From Mytilus trossulus (Eukaryota), in the NCBI RefSeq assembly GCF_036588685.1, contig NC_086374.1, forward strand, positions 67,518,001-67,582,000: a stretch of 64,000 bases of DNA. Direction: 5' to 3'. Of this stretch, positions 1 to 36,629 are shown in pieces. The notes below the pieces were generated by a model. The model ran no database searches, was not told where the DNA came from, and saw only the letters and a program-made list of their open reading frames with translations. The stretch's first letter is position 1; every line of letters begins with the position of its first letter. A program made the translations under genes and the position numbers.

Positions 1-705
1 GCACAATGGACCTGTTCAGTATAAACTAAGGGTCCAAGCCCAAAATTCAGAAGCTTGGGCTACTCAGAGACCCTGCACATCTCTATTCCTTGTAAATTTA
101 ATTGGTAGTTAAATAATATAGCAACAATTTTGAAACATGTAGTATTGTGAAATCAGACTCCAAGACAATTTTGAACCAGATCAATAAGTTTTGCAGTGTT
201 GATGGGTTGCTACTTCAATGTGTATTAAAAGTAGAATTCTGCAAAAATTTTGAACTGTTTTTGATATAAGGATTTAATATCCTGCTATAATGACTTTCAA
301 TTCTGATGTTAGTTTTCACAGTTCTGTTTAATCCCAAGTTATAGTTTTGCGTCATATCATAACATTCAACACAGAAATCTGCTTGTACAGAAAATGTGTT
401 AATTTTTCAACTTATATATATTAAATAGTGATTTTATAGGAAGTAGGTTAAAGTGTCATAAATGGCTAGAACAGCAGAGTCTGGACTTGTTTCTTCAGAA
501 AACAATATTTATGGTAAAATGTACTATTTTTTATGATGATGAGACAGTTTATAAGTTATTTTTTAGGGGATGTTTATGTAGTACTGCTCAATACATGTAT
601 TTTTACACATGACACATTTATTTGAATTTTCACAAAGAATGAAAAATTATAGACGTTCTAATTATGATTGTTCTATTCTTTTTATTTTCAGACTATTTTT
701 TCCAC

Positions 706-24698
<23,993 letters not shown>

Positions 24699-27600
24699 GA
24701 ACTTATATTTATTGATATTTTGTGATCTGTTCTGTACTTTTTTATTTGAAAAAAAATAGATAAAAATTTTATGATATTTTACATAAAAAGTATATTCTCT
24801 GTTGATCTGTTAAGAAGATGAAAGGAAAAAAAACAAATCTATGTTTCCCTGTTTTGTTTTTGTGCCATTTATTATGAATGAGAAAATTTGTTACATTGAA
24901 ATTGTTATAATGAGAAAATTGTGTAGGTTGTTCAGATATGATCTCTGTTGGCCATCTTGAAATAGATATTGGATTTTCTCATCATCAAAAACAAACTTCA
25001 CTATGGATAAAAACGTTTTCTTTATCTTCAACTTGAGATATTTGAAGACTTTTCTTGATTTTCTATTTTGTAATCTTGATAAAAAGAAATCAGGAAATTT
25101 TGGTTGTCAGATATCTTTCTTAAAAGTCAATCAATAGAAATGGTTTGAAGTGGGGGGAAATGTTAGATGAGAAATTAAATATTTGTTTCAGTGGCCTCAC
25201 ACTGCAAACATTTAGACCTCAAATTCTTATTGATATTGAAGGAAAATAATGCCTTAAATTATGGAAATAATGAAATTTCAAAAGATATTTTTATAGATTG
25301 TTTTCCACATGAAAGTTGTTAGTATGGATAAGATATGGTTCTCAAAATTAAAACAACTTTAATAATACATATCATTTAAGAAACAAAGAGGCCTTTATAT
25401 GATTTTTTTTTTTAAAGGAGAATAGAAGGTTCCATGTTTGCAGATGCTGTGCCAGTCAGAGCAAAACATTCATTTTACTTTGGCATTATTTGACCTTTAT
25501 TTGATTTGTTTCACAATGAAGGTAAACAAACTTTTAAATGATTCCCTAATTAAAAGAAATTTGTTTTTTCTTCATGAAGCTTAAGAAAAAGGCATGATGA
25601 GAGAATATATTGCTCTGCTGGGCTCCCATTGTTTTTGTGTAGTTATTTAGGGGCAAGCTTGATGCAACCAGTGTACACTACTGAATACATGACCAATATA
25701 AAAAAAAATTCTCTAAGACAGAAATGATTTTGATCATATATGATAAAAGCAACTGAAACAAATCTTTGATTTCTGTTGCCTATCAACACATTTTAAAATC
25801 ATTATAATTATAAGAATAGTTTTATTTTCAAATTTTATAAACCATGTTTATTGGCTTTATTAAACAGTTTTTTTTAAGATTGTAATATGTGTACACTGGT
25901 TTTGTCCTAAGTGTTCATTCCTTGAATTCAAATGTGAAGCTATCTCCCGTACTCTTACCTTTGTTTACCCATAAGACACTATGTTTACCCATAAGACACC
26001 ACACCTTGTTATCTGCACATTGTATGTGATAAGATTTTTATAGAATTATTTAGATTTTGATAGCATACTTTTCATTGTAGTTTCCTCCTCTTGACATGTT
26101 TAAGAAGGAAAAAAACATATTATAAAAAGCAGTTTTAGATGAAAAATACAGAATGTGTTGCTGTGTTATAATTGACACCCTATATAGTATACTCTGTAGT
26201 AACTAACAGTACCTACCTGTTATTCTTGAGGCATTGTGACAAATCACTCAAACATACATTATTTTTTCATATATTGGAAAAAAAATCTTTTGAAATAGAT
26301 ACGGCTAGAGCCAGAGGCAGTTTTGCATACCAGTCACTTAAATAAATATGTTTTTGTCTTTAATTTTAGTCAATGAGATGTAATTTAGTTCTGAAATAAA
26401 AAATATCTGAAGCCATTGAAAATGTATCCTCATATTGTGTTGATCAGAATCCAAATTAACTTCTATACACAGTGAAGAGTTTGATAAACACAAATTTTGA
26501 CTTGAGAACGAAGGTCTTAAAGCGATCTAGAATAAAAATGTGTGAAATATTTAAGTTGCAATTTTGTATTTGGTTACATCAATTTTCTTACATATAATTT
26601 GTCATTATATAGTAACTGCTTGATTATCCTGGAATCCTCAATCAAATTTAGGTTTTTTATATCCGGTGAAATACTATTTTTACCAACATGTGCCTTACAA
26701 ATTGTATGTAACTCCTTAACATAAATACTGTGCTTAGTTTTCAAGAAATTTCTGTGTAAGTAAAGTGTGGGAAAAGTGTGGCTAAATATCTTCTACTTTT
26801 TATAACTAAATTGTCTGTGTATGGATACTGAAAGGAATAAGTTTTATTATAAATTTTCCTTGATCCTTTAGGGTTAAATCTATACAAAATCTGTTAATAT
26901 GTTTAATATGATTTATAGATACCTCATTGATTCCATCATTAAAAAAAAAAAAAATACAAAATTTAAACACATCCAATTATAAATCGAAATAAACATCTAC
27001 TTCCCATTTAAACAAAAGATAAGGGACCAAAGACTGTTGACATTTAGTTTTCTTTAGTTTTGATTTTGTTTGAAGGAAGGATCCCACATAAGGAATTCTT
27101 CCTGAAAGAAGTTTCGACCATTTGATTTTCTTTTATTTTTTCGTTAAGTGTTTTTTTCCTTATTTTGTTAAAAGAGAAACTATTATGGTCAGATTAAGTT
27201 TGAAGTTTATTGAAACATACCTTTCATCTCTTTATTTTCTGTTGAAGTTTTAAATCTTTATTAATTATTTTTAAGGTTGTAGACTTGTGTTAATATATAA
27301 GAATATTCTGTTATATGTAATCTTATTGGATTGTGTAAACAAATGTCTAAAACGTATTTTGTAAAAAATATGGAAGTACATCAAAAATGTTTACAACCCT
27401 ATAAAATTATAAGAAAAAAGACATTTCAATTCTTATAATTACATTTTAAGCTACAACCATTAATTTTTAGTTCTATCAATATTTTCCTTTGTTTATCTTT
27501 GCATATTTGTGACATTGTTATGGAGAAAACAAAAAAGGTCTGAGATGTTCCATTTCATTATAAATGAAACATAATTATGGGCCGACACGAAATAGCCCAA

Positions 27601-28431
27601 AAGTGGTGCTTAAAATTGGTGTTAGAACACAATCAATCAATCAGTAGATGCCAGACTTGACATGAAGAACAATAATGGACTACACCAAAATATTTTGATA
27701 TAACTGACCTTTCAGTATGCCAGCGCAGACTATTTTACATCTGAAGCTTAATTATTGATCTAAATTTGAATAGTTTGTACGGAATTGGATGGAGGACATT
27801 TTCACACCAAAAAAGTCTTCAGTTTGTCCATTCATAATTCTGCAGCCACATGAAATGATACCACTCTATATACTAGCCTTTAGATATATGTACATAAAAT
27901 ACCAGTATAGTTACTTCTGTAGAAACTTTCTCTTAGAGACTTCTAAGGAACTGTTACATTGTAAGGAATAAGTTTATTACGTTTTATACGATAACCAATA
28001 TGCCCTCTAAAAACTATAGTATTCTTTCATACCTAGATTTTTTACAACAATGTCAGAATGTATAGTGCACTAATTATTAAATACTATTAGTATTGTATAA
28101 AAAAAAAATGTAGTCAATTCCTTTGTATTCAATGTTGCCATGGTGATAATATTCAAGTTGTGTAAAACTTTTCTATAATTCTTTCTTATATTTACACCAA
28201 AAACTGGTGTCCACTGAAAAACAAGAAATGTGTTTCCTTTTATACCTAATTAATGATTGTGTGATGAAAAGGTTACTCCTTATCATGAGGCAGTGTTTAA
28301 ACTGCCTAGATGTCATTTAGGTACTTTTGCAGATACATAAATTTTCTATATTTTTATAGAATTCAAATAAATTATACAGAATAGAGTAAGCATGAAACGA
28401 ACTTCAAAATTATCATACAGAATGTATTTAT

Positions 28432-28682
28432 AGATTATCGTTGATTATCTCAACGAGATTGATTTTCACGCTTGAGCTGGTACAGCAAAAGTGAGAAAAG
28501 CAATCAAGTTGAGATGACCAATGATAATCTGTTTATCGCTATTTTACCATTTATATTTCGTTAGCAACGCCACGTGGCCACCTTAGTTTCTAGCGATAAT
28601 TTTTCCATCTCAAGCGAGAAGCATGATATGAAAATTATCACAAAATAAGATCAAATAAAAAATGTACAAAATAGCGATAATT
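28432..28682. mobile_element. Element with two adjacent inverted repeats (hairpin 28432-28530)
   Basis: agattatcgttgattatctcaac ... gttgagatgaccaatgataatct; then ttatcgctattt ... aaatagcgataa. Confidence 0.55.
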
Positions 28683-28870
28683 TTGATTATTGATTTAAGT
28701 AAATAAACTGTTCTTGAAAGTAGCCATTCATTGTATACCTTCCAGAGTAAACTTTCCAGTGTTTCTGTACCCAATTACCTAATCTACGGTGTTGTTTCCA
28801 TGACCTTCCAAATCAGTGCTTCACATGTTGTAGATGTTCTGTATATTCTGTTAAATTTTCTCAGTGTTTT

Positions 28871-28910
28871 AATAAAAACATATCTATAAAGTTATTAGTT
28901 GTGTTGTTAT
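28871..28910 (+). terminator. Candidate distal polyadenylation signal of the R3HDM-like gene
   Basis: AATAAA at 28871 followed by a GT-rich tract (gttgtgttgtt); repeat density rises downstream; several other AATAAA lie upstream. Confidence 0.3.
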
Positions 28911-29264
28911 TTAATACATTTTAAATGTGTTTACCTGTGCATGCAAAAACTTGACCATACATTTATATTATCTGTGGGTCCATCTTATCATGTTAGAGTT
29001 AGTTTATTGTGATGAAAAAGTGTTAGAATGTAATCTTGTCAATGAAACTGTGAAAATTTTAACTAACAAAAAAATATTGCTAAAAGATGGTGTGACCTCA
29101 ATTTCATGAATAACAGATAAGGAGATGCTGATTATTGCATTATCTCTAGATTCCAGACAAAGAGGTTAGGGAAAGGGGTACGTTCTGTAAGGGTCATATT
29201 TGGCCCAGATTATAAAGTTCAATGGTACAAGATAATGTATCAAGTTGTCTTAAAAGACATGTGA

Positions 29265-29658
29265 GAAGGTCCCAAAGGACCAAGTGAGCTTTTCTCATCA
29301 CTTGGCGTACGTCGTCGTCGTTAACTTTTACAAAAATGTTCTCCTCTGAAACTACGGTGCTAAATTTAACCAAATTTGGCCACAATCATCATTGGGGTAT
29401 CTAGTTTTAAAAATGTGTCCAGTGACCAAGCTAACCAACCAAGATGGCCATCATGGCTAAAAATAGAACACTAAAATGTAGATTATGGCTTATAACTTAT
29501 TAAGCATATAGAGTAAATCTGACAAGGGGTTAAATTGTTTATTAAGTCAATATCTATCTGCCCTGAAATTTTTAGATGAATTGGACAACTGGTTGTTGGG
29601 TTGCTGCCCCCATTGATGAATAGACCAAGGTGAGCGACACAGGCTCTTTAGAGCCCCT
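29265..29658 (+). mobile_element. Pearl/HINE-like element
   Basis: gtgagcttttctcatcacttggcgt, (gtc)n, 3' ggtgagcg plus hairpin ggctct-tt-agagcc. Confidence 0.6.
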
Positions 29659-30220
29659 TTATTGTTCCCTCTCTTTAATCGTCATATCAGCGTCTTAAAA
29701 TTTATGTTTATTATCAAGAAGACAATGAAAGATTGAGACACCAGATGGAGCTAAAAAAACTCATCTTCTTTCCTTTTGCACCAACAATGAAGGTTACTTA
29801 TGAGTTAATATCCAGAAATGATAGTTAACCAATAGGCGGTTGACTGGAATCCCTGTAAAAAAATCTTATATCATGTTTGTCTCCCCTGTGCAGTATGCGA
29901 TACATAGGGATTACTATCCGACGGCTATGGCTGAGTGATAGATTTAGTATAAAGTTTTATATTTAAGAAGGTAGACGACCCGGATCCCTCATACTTTGTA
30001 TGCAGATTCCTTATTGTCTGTCATATGTCCATAGTCATTGACTTCATCATCATGCTTCAGAGACTTTTTGAAAAAATCCTTCTTTTTTTTGTCATTTGAA
30101 TTTCTCACTATTATGAGTTCTAGGATAAGTATGTTTGATATAAGGGCCTTGCAACATCTACATCCTTTACCTTGGCCTCATTTCATGGATCAGTGATAGA
30201 GGTTAAAGTTACTTGATAAG

Positions 30221-30870
30221 TATAAAAAAGAAGATGTGGTATGATTGCCAAAGAGACAACTCTCCATAAGAGACCAAATGACACGGAAATTAACAGAATG
30301 ACCTTCAACGATGAAAAAAGCGCAAACTGCATAGTCAACTAAAAAAGGCCCAAAATTACAAATGTGAAAAACAATTAAAACAGACCAATTAATGTACAAA
30401 AAATGAATGTAAAACAAATATGTAACACAGCAACAACCACTGAATTACAGGCTCTTGACTTGGGACAGGCACATACACACAGAATGTTGCAGGGTTAATC
30501 ATTTTAGTGGGATCCAAACCCTCCCCATAACCTGGAACAATGGTGTAACAGTAGAACATAAGAACGAATTATAAAACTCAGTTGGAAAAGCTTCCAGTTA
30601 ACTCATCAGATGTATAAATAGAACAAAAACACAAAGTGGTTGTGGATGAGTACTTGTACATATCAACAACAAAAAGACACCAATTGCAGATCTGAGAGTA
30701 CTAGCAATTACTGACAGCTAGTTCAAAGCCAATAGCAATTAATAAAAATAAATATTGCATCTAAGACTAAATTATCAATTAGTTCACACCCAGCATCCAA
30801 TGGATTTAGTGTAAAGACGTAATAAACAGTCCGAGAAAAACATGACCTTGTGCAATGCCAAGATACAGAT
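30221..30870 (+). mobile_element. Interspersed repeat family A2, long copy
   Basis: Matches 2603-2785 and 33343-33495 (reverse) and internal fragments near 8870-9240 and 16660-16840. Confidence 0.75.
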
Positions 30871-33342
30871 CTGTGAAAGTACATATGTATTTAACAAAAA
30901 TATTTAGTTTGCTTTTAATTTACTGATAACAAAATCAATATTAATACCAATAAAAACAATATTCAAAGATCTAATGACAGTGTTGAATTGGTAACCTTTA
31001 GAATAATATTATTTTAGAATCGATAAGTTTACCAGAATTGTTTCTAGATATCTGGGCACGGTAACACCGTAAGATGGTACAAAAGGAATACTAACTACGA
31101 AATCAAATCTCTGTTATTTTGGCCGTAAAAGCTTTGTGAAGGCATGAAAGTTTAACTCGGACATTTCCGCAAGACATTGCAAATCTATTGTTTTGAATTG
31201 AATATGTAGCTCAATTCATTTTTCAATTCGAATATTGGTAGCTTACACTTAGTACTAAACTATCACGCTTACAATTTAATGAATTATCAGTCAAAATTTT
31301 ATTTTTGGACTGAAATGTTTCAAGTTTCCAAATTAAATTTCCGATGGGACATTTCCGTACATCATATTCTTTTGAAAATATGTATGCAAATTTTAAATAG
31401 AGACAGTCATGTTCACCAATACTGAAATATATTACGTAATAGAATGTTCATGCAAAATTTCGATGAGTTGCGTGAACATTTCGTGAATTGTTCGAGTTTT
31501 ATGTTTTGAGTCTGTTACATGGGACAACGCTAAGTAAACGTTTTTTGGATAATCTGTGTCTTCCTAAGCCATGGATATTATATTTTTATTCTTTCTCTAT
31601 CATAATGTGAAAATTTAAGAATCAATCTTTATTTTCATGTATAATTTGAAATATTTATTTCAGCATTTCTATATAAATTTTCCCGTCAAATGTTTACTTA
31701 ACGCTATTTTTCATGGTAGTAGCAATATCTAACGTTGCGTCTACTATAAAAAAAAATAAAAAAAAGGAAAATTAACAAAAGGGAACGAAAATCCTTAGTT
31801 ATAAAAAGCGTGGAGTTTTCTGTGAAAAACAGAAATATTTTAATCTAGGAAACGACAGTTATTAGCATTAACATTTGATTTATTTAAAGTAAGTTCCTCG
31901 GGGTTAATTATTAACGTTTACATTTGATTTTTTTAAAGTTAGTTCCTTGGGGTAAAAATCAGCTATACTTTGTGTATGGAATGATTGTAAGGTACATGTC
32001 ATTCTGGTACGTTTTATCAGACCTTAACCTTATTTTCACGGTTCATTAGTCAAAGTTAAGTTTTTAGTTTTGGTTCTTTTTATCAAATACTACTGGCACT
32101 TTTATACTACAATGTTAGTATAATAGTCCCAGAATACTATATATAAGCAATGGGTCAACTATATGTGGTGTAAGGAATGAATGTAAAGTGTACGTGTCAG
32201 TCAGGAAGGTACTTTAGTATTGAATGTTTGAATGGTTTAACACCAGTTATTTTTGGAGCCCTTTATAGCTTAACTGTTGTTGTTCAGAGTGAGTCAAAGC
32301 TCCGTGTTAAAGACTACTTTGACCTGTAATGGTTTACTTATACAAGGCATAGACATTGATTTGGGTGGAGAGTTGTCACAATGGCACTCATACCACATCT
32401 TCTTATATCTATTAGTTTACCGATTTGACTCAAATTCTCATCTTTAATTTATAACATACATAATATACATAGGCATACATATTGACTGTATAACAGAAAC
32501 GCTTTGTTTGTACAGTTAAGGGAAAGATGTAATTTTCAAGGTCCAGACATTCAGTTTGGTCTTTTTACAAGATTTGAAAAACTCTTATGGGTCTGTTTGT
32601 AATTACCTCTATGCAACGTACCATATTAATTTCAAGTTTACTGCCCTTAGTCCTGTTTGTCCTAACCTGTGTAATTTATCTTCTATATTAATTATTATTT
32701 GTTATTATTTATTTGTTCTAGTTTTGCATATGCATGAGACATATTTGCCACTGGACGTTAAAAACTAGCAATAAAAATCAATCAATGATGAATAGTGATA
32801 GATCAACTATCCAATGTTTTACTGGACATTTGCTTCTGATCGATAAAAATGGGTTGACCATTGGTTTTTCTAGGAGGTCAGGAGTATTTTGAAAATGAAC
32901 AACTTGGCCTGTTTATAACTGAATATAAATAACTTTGCACATGACAGGATAAGAATGAATGTTGTGCAACAGAAAATGCAGGAAACAAATTTGGACATTA
33001 GTGAAAATAATTTTTGCTCGGCAAAGCTTTGGAAAAATAAACATGCCTAGCAACAAATGAAATTTAATAATCAAAAATGTTCCTGCCTCCCTCTCAGAAT
33101 ATTAAATAGTATATCTCCTATAGATAGTATAAGGTAAAATTATGTCAATCAATATTTGACTAATATTTCAATCTTTATTTTTTTTTATTTGATGTGTGTA
33201 TCATCAGCAATTGTAAATAGAACCACAAGTAAGTTCATATTAACTTTGAATGTTTAACACTTCAATAGTTTTCATATACTTTAAGGCCTGTGATAACATA
33301 ACTTGCAGTAAGAATGTCTCTAAAAAGAAAACATACTACTTT

Positions 33343-33495
33343 GTCTTATCGGGGCCTTTTATAGCTGACTATGTGGTATGGGCTTTGCTCATTGTTGAAG
33401 GCCGTACGGTGACCTATAGTTGTTAATGTCTGTGTCATTTTGGTCTTTTGTGGATAGTTGTCTCATTGACAATCATACCACATCTTCTTTTTTAT
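33343..33495 (-). mobile_element. Family A2 truncated copy
   Basis: Near-identical to 2630-2780. Confidence 0.75.
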
Positions 33496-34132
33496 ACTAT
33501 ATATAAAAAGTAGGTCGTGTACATTATTTTCTGACAGGTTTCATCTGACGGTAACCTTATTTTATGCTTCATTGGTTAATGATAGGTTTCCAGAACTCTG
33601 GTTAAGTCTGTTTCTCATATACTATTAGCAACGGTCAACTATATATTTTGGTGTTACTTCTGTATGAATTAATTATCTTAAAATTGAAATGCATGGTTGG
33701 CAGTTATCATCTGTCCTTGTACTCACTTTAATATGGTCCAATAATGAATTAAGTTTTGGTGATAAAGTCCGTTTTTAAAAGCAGTAAGTATTAAATGATG
33801 GAAGGGTTTCGATGTCCGTCAGGCCGTCGGGCCGGGTCTATCTAATCTCGAAGTCATTTTTATTGTTGAATATTCAGTTTGTGTATCTAGATCTGCTTCT
33901 CAGATACTGTAAGCAATAACGGTAAATATATATGTTGTGTACCCGGTAAGGCATAATGGTAAAATGTAGAGTGTCTGTCAGGATTCATCTGACCGACCTT
34001 GAACTCTTTTGAACAGATCATTGACAACAATATTTTAAGAGTTAATCATTTCGTAGATATGAATTTACTCTGCAACTTTATTAAAGTTTAGAATAATCAT
34101 TGTGTAAGGACAAAGTCTTCCCGCTGTATGCA

Positions 34133-34880
34133 AATAAATTGAGAATGGAAATGGGGAATGTGTCAAAGAGACAACAACCCGACCAAAGAAAAAAACAACA
34201 GCAGAAGGTCACCAACAGGTCTTCAATGTAGCGAGAAATTCCCGTACCCGGAGGCGTCCTTCAGCTGGCCCCTAAACAAATATATACTAGTTCAGCTAGT
34301 GATAATGAACGCCATACTTATTTCCAAATTGTACACAGGAAACCAAAATTAAAATAATACAAGACTAACAAAGGCCAGAGGCTCCTGACTAGGGACAGGC
34401 GCAAAAATGCGGCGGGGTTAAACATGTTTGTGAGATCTCAACCCTCCCCCTATACCTCTAGCCAATGTAGAAAAGTAAACGCATAACAATACTCACATTA
34501 AAATTCAGTTCAAGAGAAGTCTGAGTCTGATATCAGAAGATGTAACCCAAGAAAATAAACAAAATGACAATAATACATAAATAACAACAGACTACTAGCA
34601 GTTAGCTGACATGCCAGCTCCAGACTTCAATAAAACTGACTGAAAGATTATGATTTCATCATATGAACATCAGGCACAACCCTTCCCGTTAGGGGTTTAG
34701 TATCATACCATCATAACATATATGAGAAGAACATAACCCGTCTCATGCCAACAACTGTTTTTTGAATAAATGTGTTTAGTTCCGATGCAAAGACCAGGTA
34801 TAAGTGAATCAATATTAACGCCAAAATATGCAATCTTTAATGACCTGACAACAGTATCGTAACTATACCCTTCTTAATAA
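34133..34880 (+). mobile_element. Interspersed repeat family C (aattgagaatggaaatggggaatgtgtcaaagagacaac...), long copy
   Basis: Other copies at 15431-15695(-), 34915-35260(-), 41622-41861(-), 56460-56628(-), 63762-64000. Confidence 0.85.
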
Positions 34881-35401
34881 GTTTTAAGTTTTAATTTTTA
34901 ATAAGTTTTCATTGCTGTGTTGTTTATTCCACATTGGCTAGAGGTATAGGGAAAGGAATAATATCTTTCAAAACATGCTTAATTTCGCCGCATTTTGGGC
35001 CTGTTCCAAATCGAGAACCTCTAGTCTTTGTTAGTCTTGTGTGTGTGGTTTTTGTTTTTGTTGGTTCATTTGTATGTTTCGAAGTTTAGTGTTGTGTCAT
35101 TTCGATAATGTACTAGTATACATTAATGTTATGGGCCAGCTGAAGCCTGCTTCCGAATGCATTATATTCACGGTTTGTTGAAGGCCAATTGATAGCTTTG
35201 TTTTGTTTTCTGGTCTTTGATTGGGTTGTTGTCTCTTTAACACATCCTACGTTTCCATGATCTTCCATGAACTCGTCAAAACTGGTCTTGGTGAAATTAA
35301 TAAAGATATGGTTGAAATATTTTATTTCAATCTGGATGACATCACATTCAGAATAATTTTAACTTTTGCTATAAAATGATTACATGGGTTCTCAGTTGAT
35401 A

Positions 35402-35723
35402 GATATAGGAAGATGTGGTGTGAGTGCCAATGCGACAACTCTCTATCCAAATAACAATTTAAAAAAAAAGTAAACCATTCTAAGTCAATGTACGGCCTTC
35501 AACATGGAGCCTTGGCTCACACCGAAAAACAAGCTATAAAGGGGCCAAAAATTACTAGTGTAAAACCATTCAAACGGGAAAACCAACGGTCTAATCTATA
35601 TTAAAAAAAAAAGAAAAATGAGAAACACGTATAAATTACATAAACAAACGACAACTACTATACATCAGATTCCCGACTTAGGACAGATGCAAACATTTGC
35701 AGCGGTATTAAACGTTTTAATGG
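35402..35723 (+). mobile_element. Family A1 copy
   Basis: High identity to 7142-7452. Confidence 0.85.
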
Positions 35724-36245
35724 TACGATACAACATTTTACAATGATGAACATTTTAACTAACCAGTTTTTAAAATGATGCGTACAGACAAATTTTCACG
35801 ATTTCCGGAGTCGTGGACTGGTCTATGTGACACCCTGCTGCATAATCCTTTACCATACTTTCCTCACTCAATTACGGATAACTAAGTGAGAAACTAAATT
35901 CAATGTGGAGTGCTGACAATGGCACTTTTGCATCATCTTGTCATTCAATTGACCTATACAGTATTCCATTTAAAGCAGCAGCTGAAATACCATTTTTAAC
36001 ACGAACGTTTAAACGCTCTACAAGAAGAAGTCATGGAAAATGTGTTACAAAGGCATATTTATTTTTAACTCCTTACATCAAGACGATATCTAAATAAAAC
36101 ATTATTCTTGTTCAGTGCAGCTGTATTCAGGTAAACAACGATGCTGGTTGGATTAAAATAGTCTGATTAAATATCCTTTGTCCTATGCATTCATTTTTCA
36201 CATGTCCAGGGGTTGGATTTAAACGAAATTGATATTTTTAAACAA

Positions 36246-36629
36246 TCATTCATCGTCTCGTTTGTTATGTAAAGATCGAGAAAACATCTTGAATACGATT
36301 TTACAAGTCGATAATATAAGTACCATAATCACAATCCCAAGCACTGCTAATCTTATCATTCCGAATTCCCTGAACAAAAAACTGTCTTCGTACTTGTCTC
36401 CAGAAAATGTACCATTTGTGTAGCTGCCGTTTATACGAGATAAACTATCTGTGTTACCATTCCGTAATTGGGAAATACTAAAGTTGGTGCTGTTACTGAT
36501 GACGTTACTGTAGTTAATGTTGCTGTCCATTACATCTATGTTTTCGTTTGGGTTCATATTCCCTGGTGAAATGATGGTATTACTCTGGTCTGTGGTCTTC
36601 GTTGTTGGCCTGGCGTAGCAAGATGGCAT
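36246..36629 (-). CDS. Small single-pass (probably type III) membrane glycoprotein, 127 aa from MPSCY, family unknown
   Basis: Stop-free frame; minus-strand acceptor tattttttag places an exon start at 36676; N/S/T-rich N-terminus with sequons NYS, NST, NFS, NGS, NGT; hydrophobic LAVLGIVIMVLILSTC followed by a basic tail. An upstream coding exon is not excluded. Confidence 0.7.
   Translation of the reverse strand: MPSCYARPTTKTTDQSNTIISPGNMNPNENIDVMDSNINYSNVISNSTNFSISQLRNGNTDSLSRINGSYTNGTFSGDKYEDSFLFREFGMIRLAVLGIVIMVLILSTCKIVFKMFSRSLHNKRDDE

Noticed and set aside
30580-30612. CTGATGAG on the minus strand within family A2 as another hammerhead
   Set aside because: No GAAA strand or stems I and III can be built.
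34158-34352. Recurrent [12 protein letters not shown]... (also 41633-41857 and 15469-15657)
   Set aside because: Translation of repeat family C; frames are not conserved between copies.
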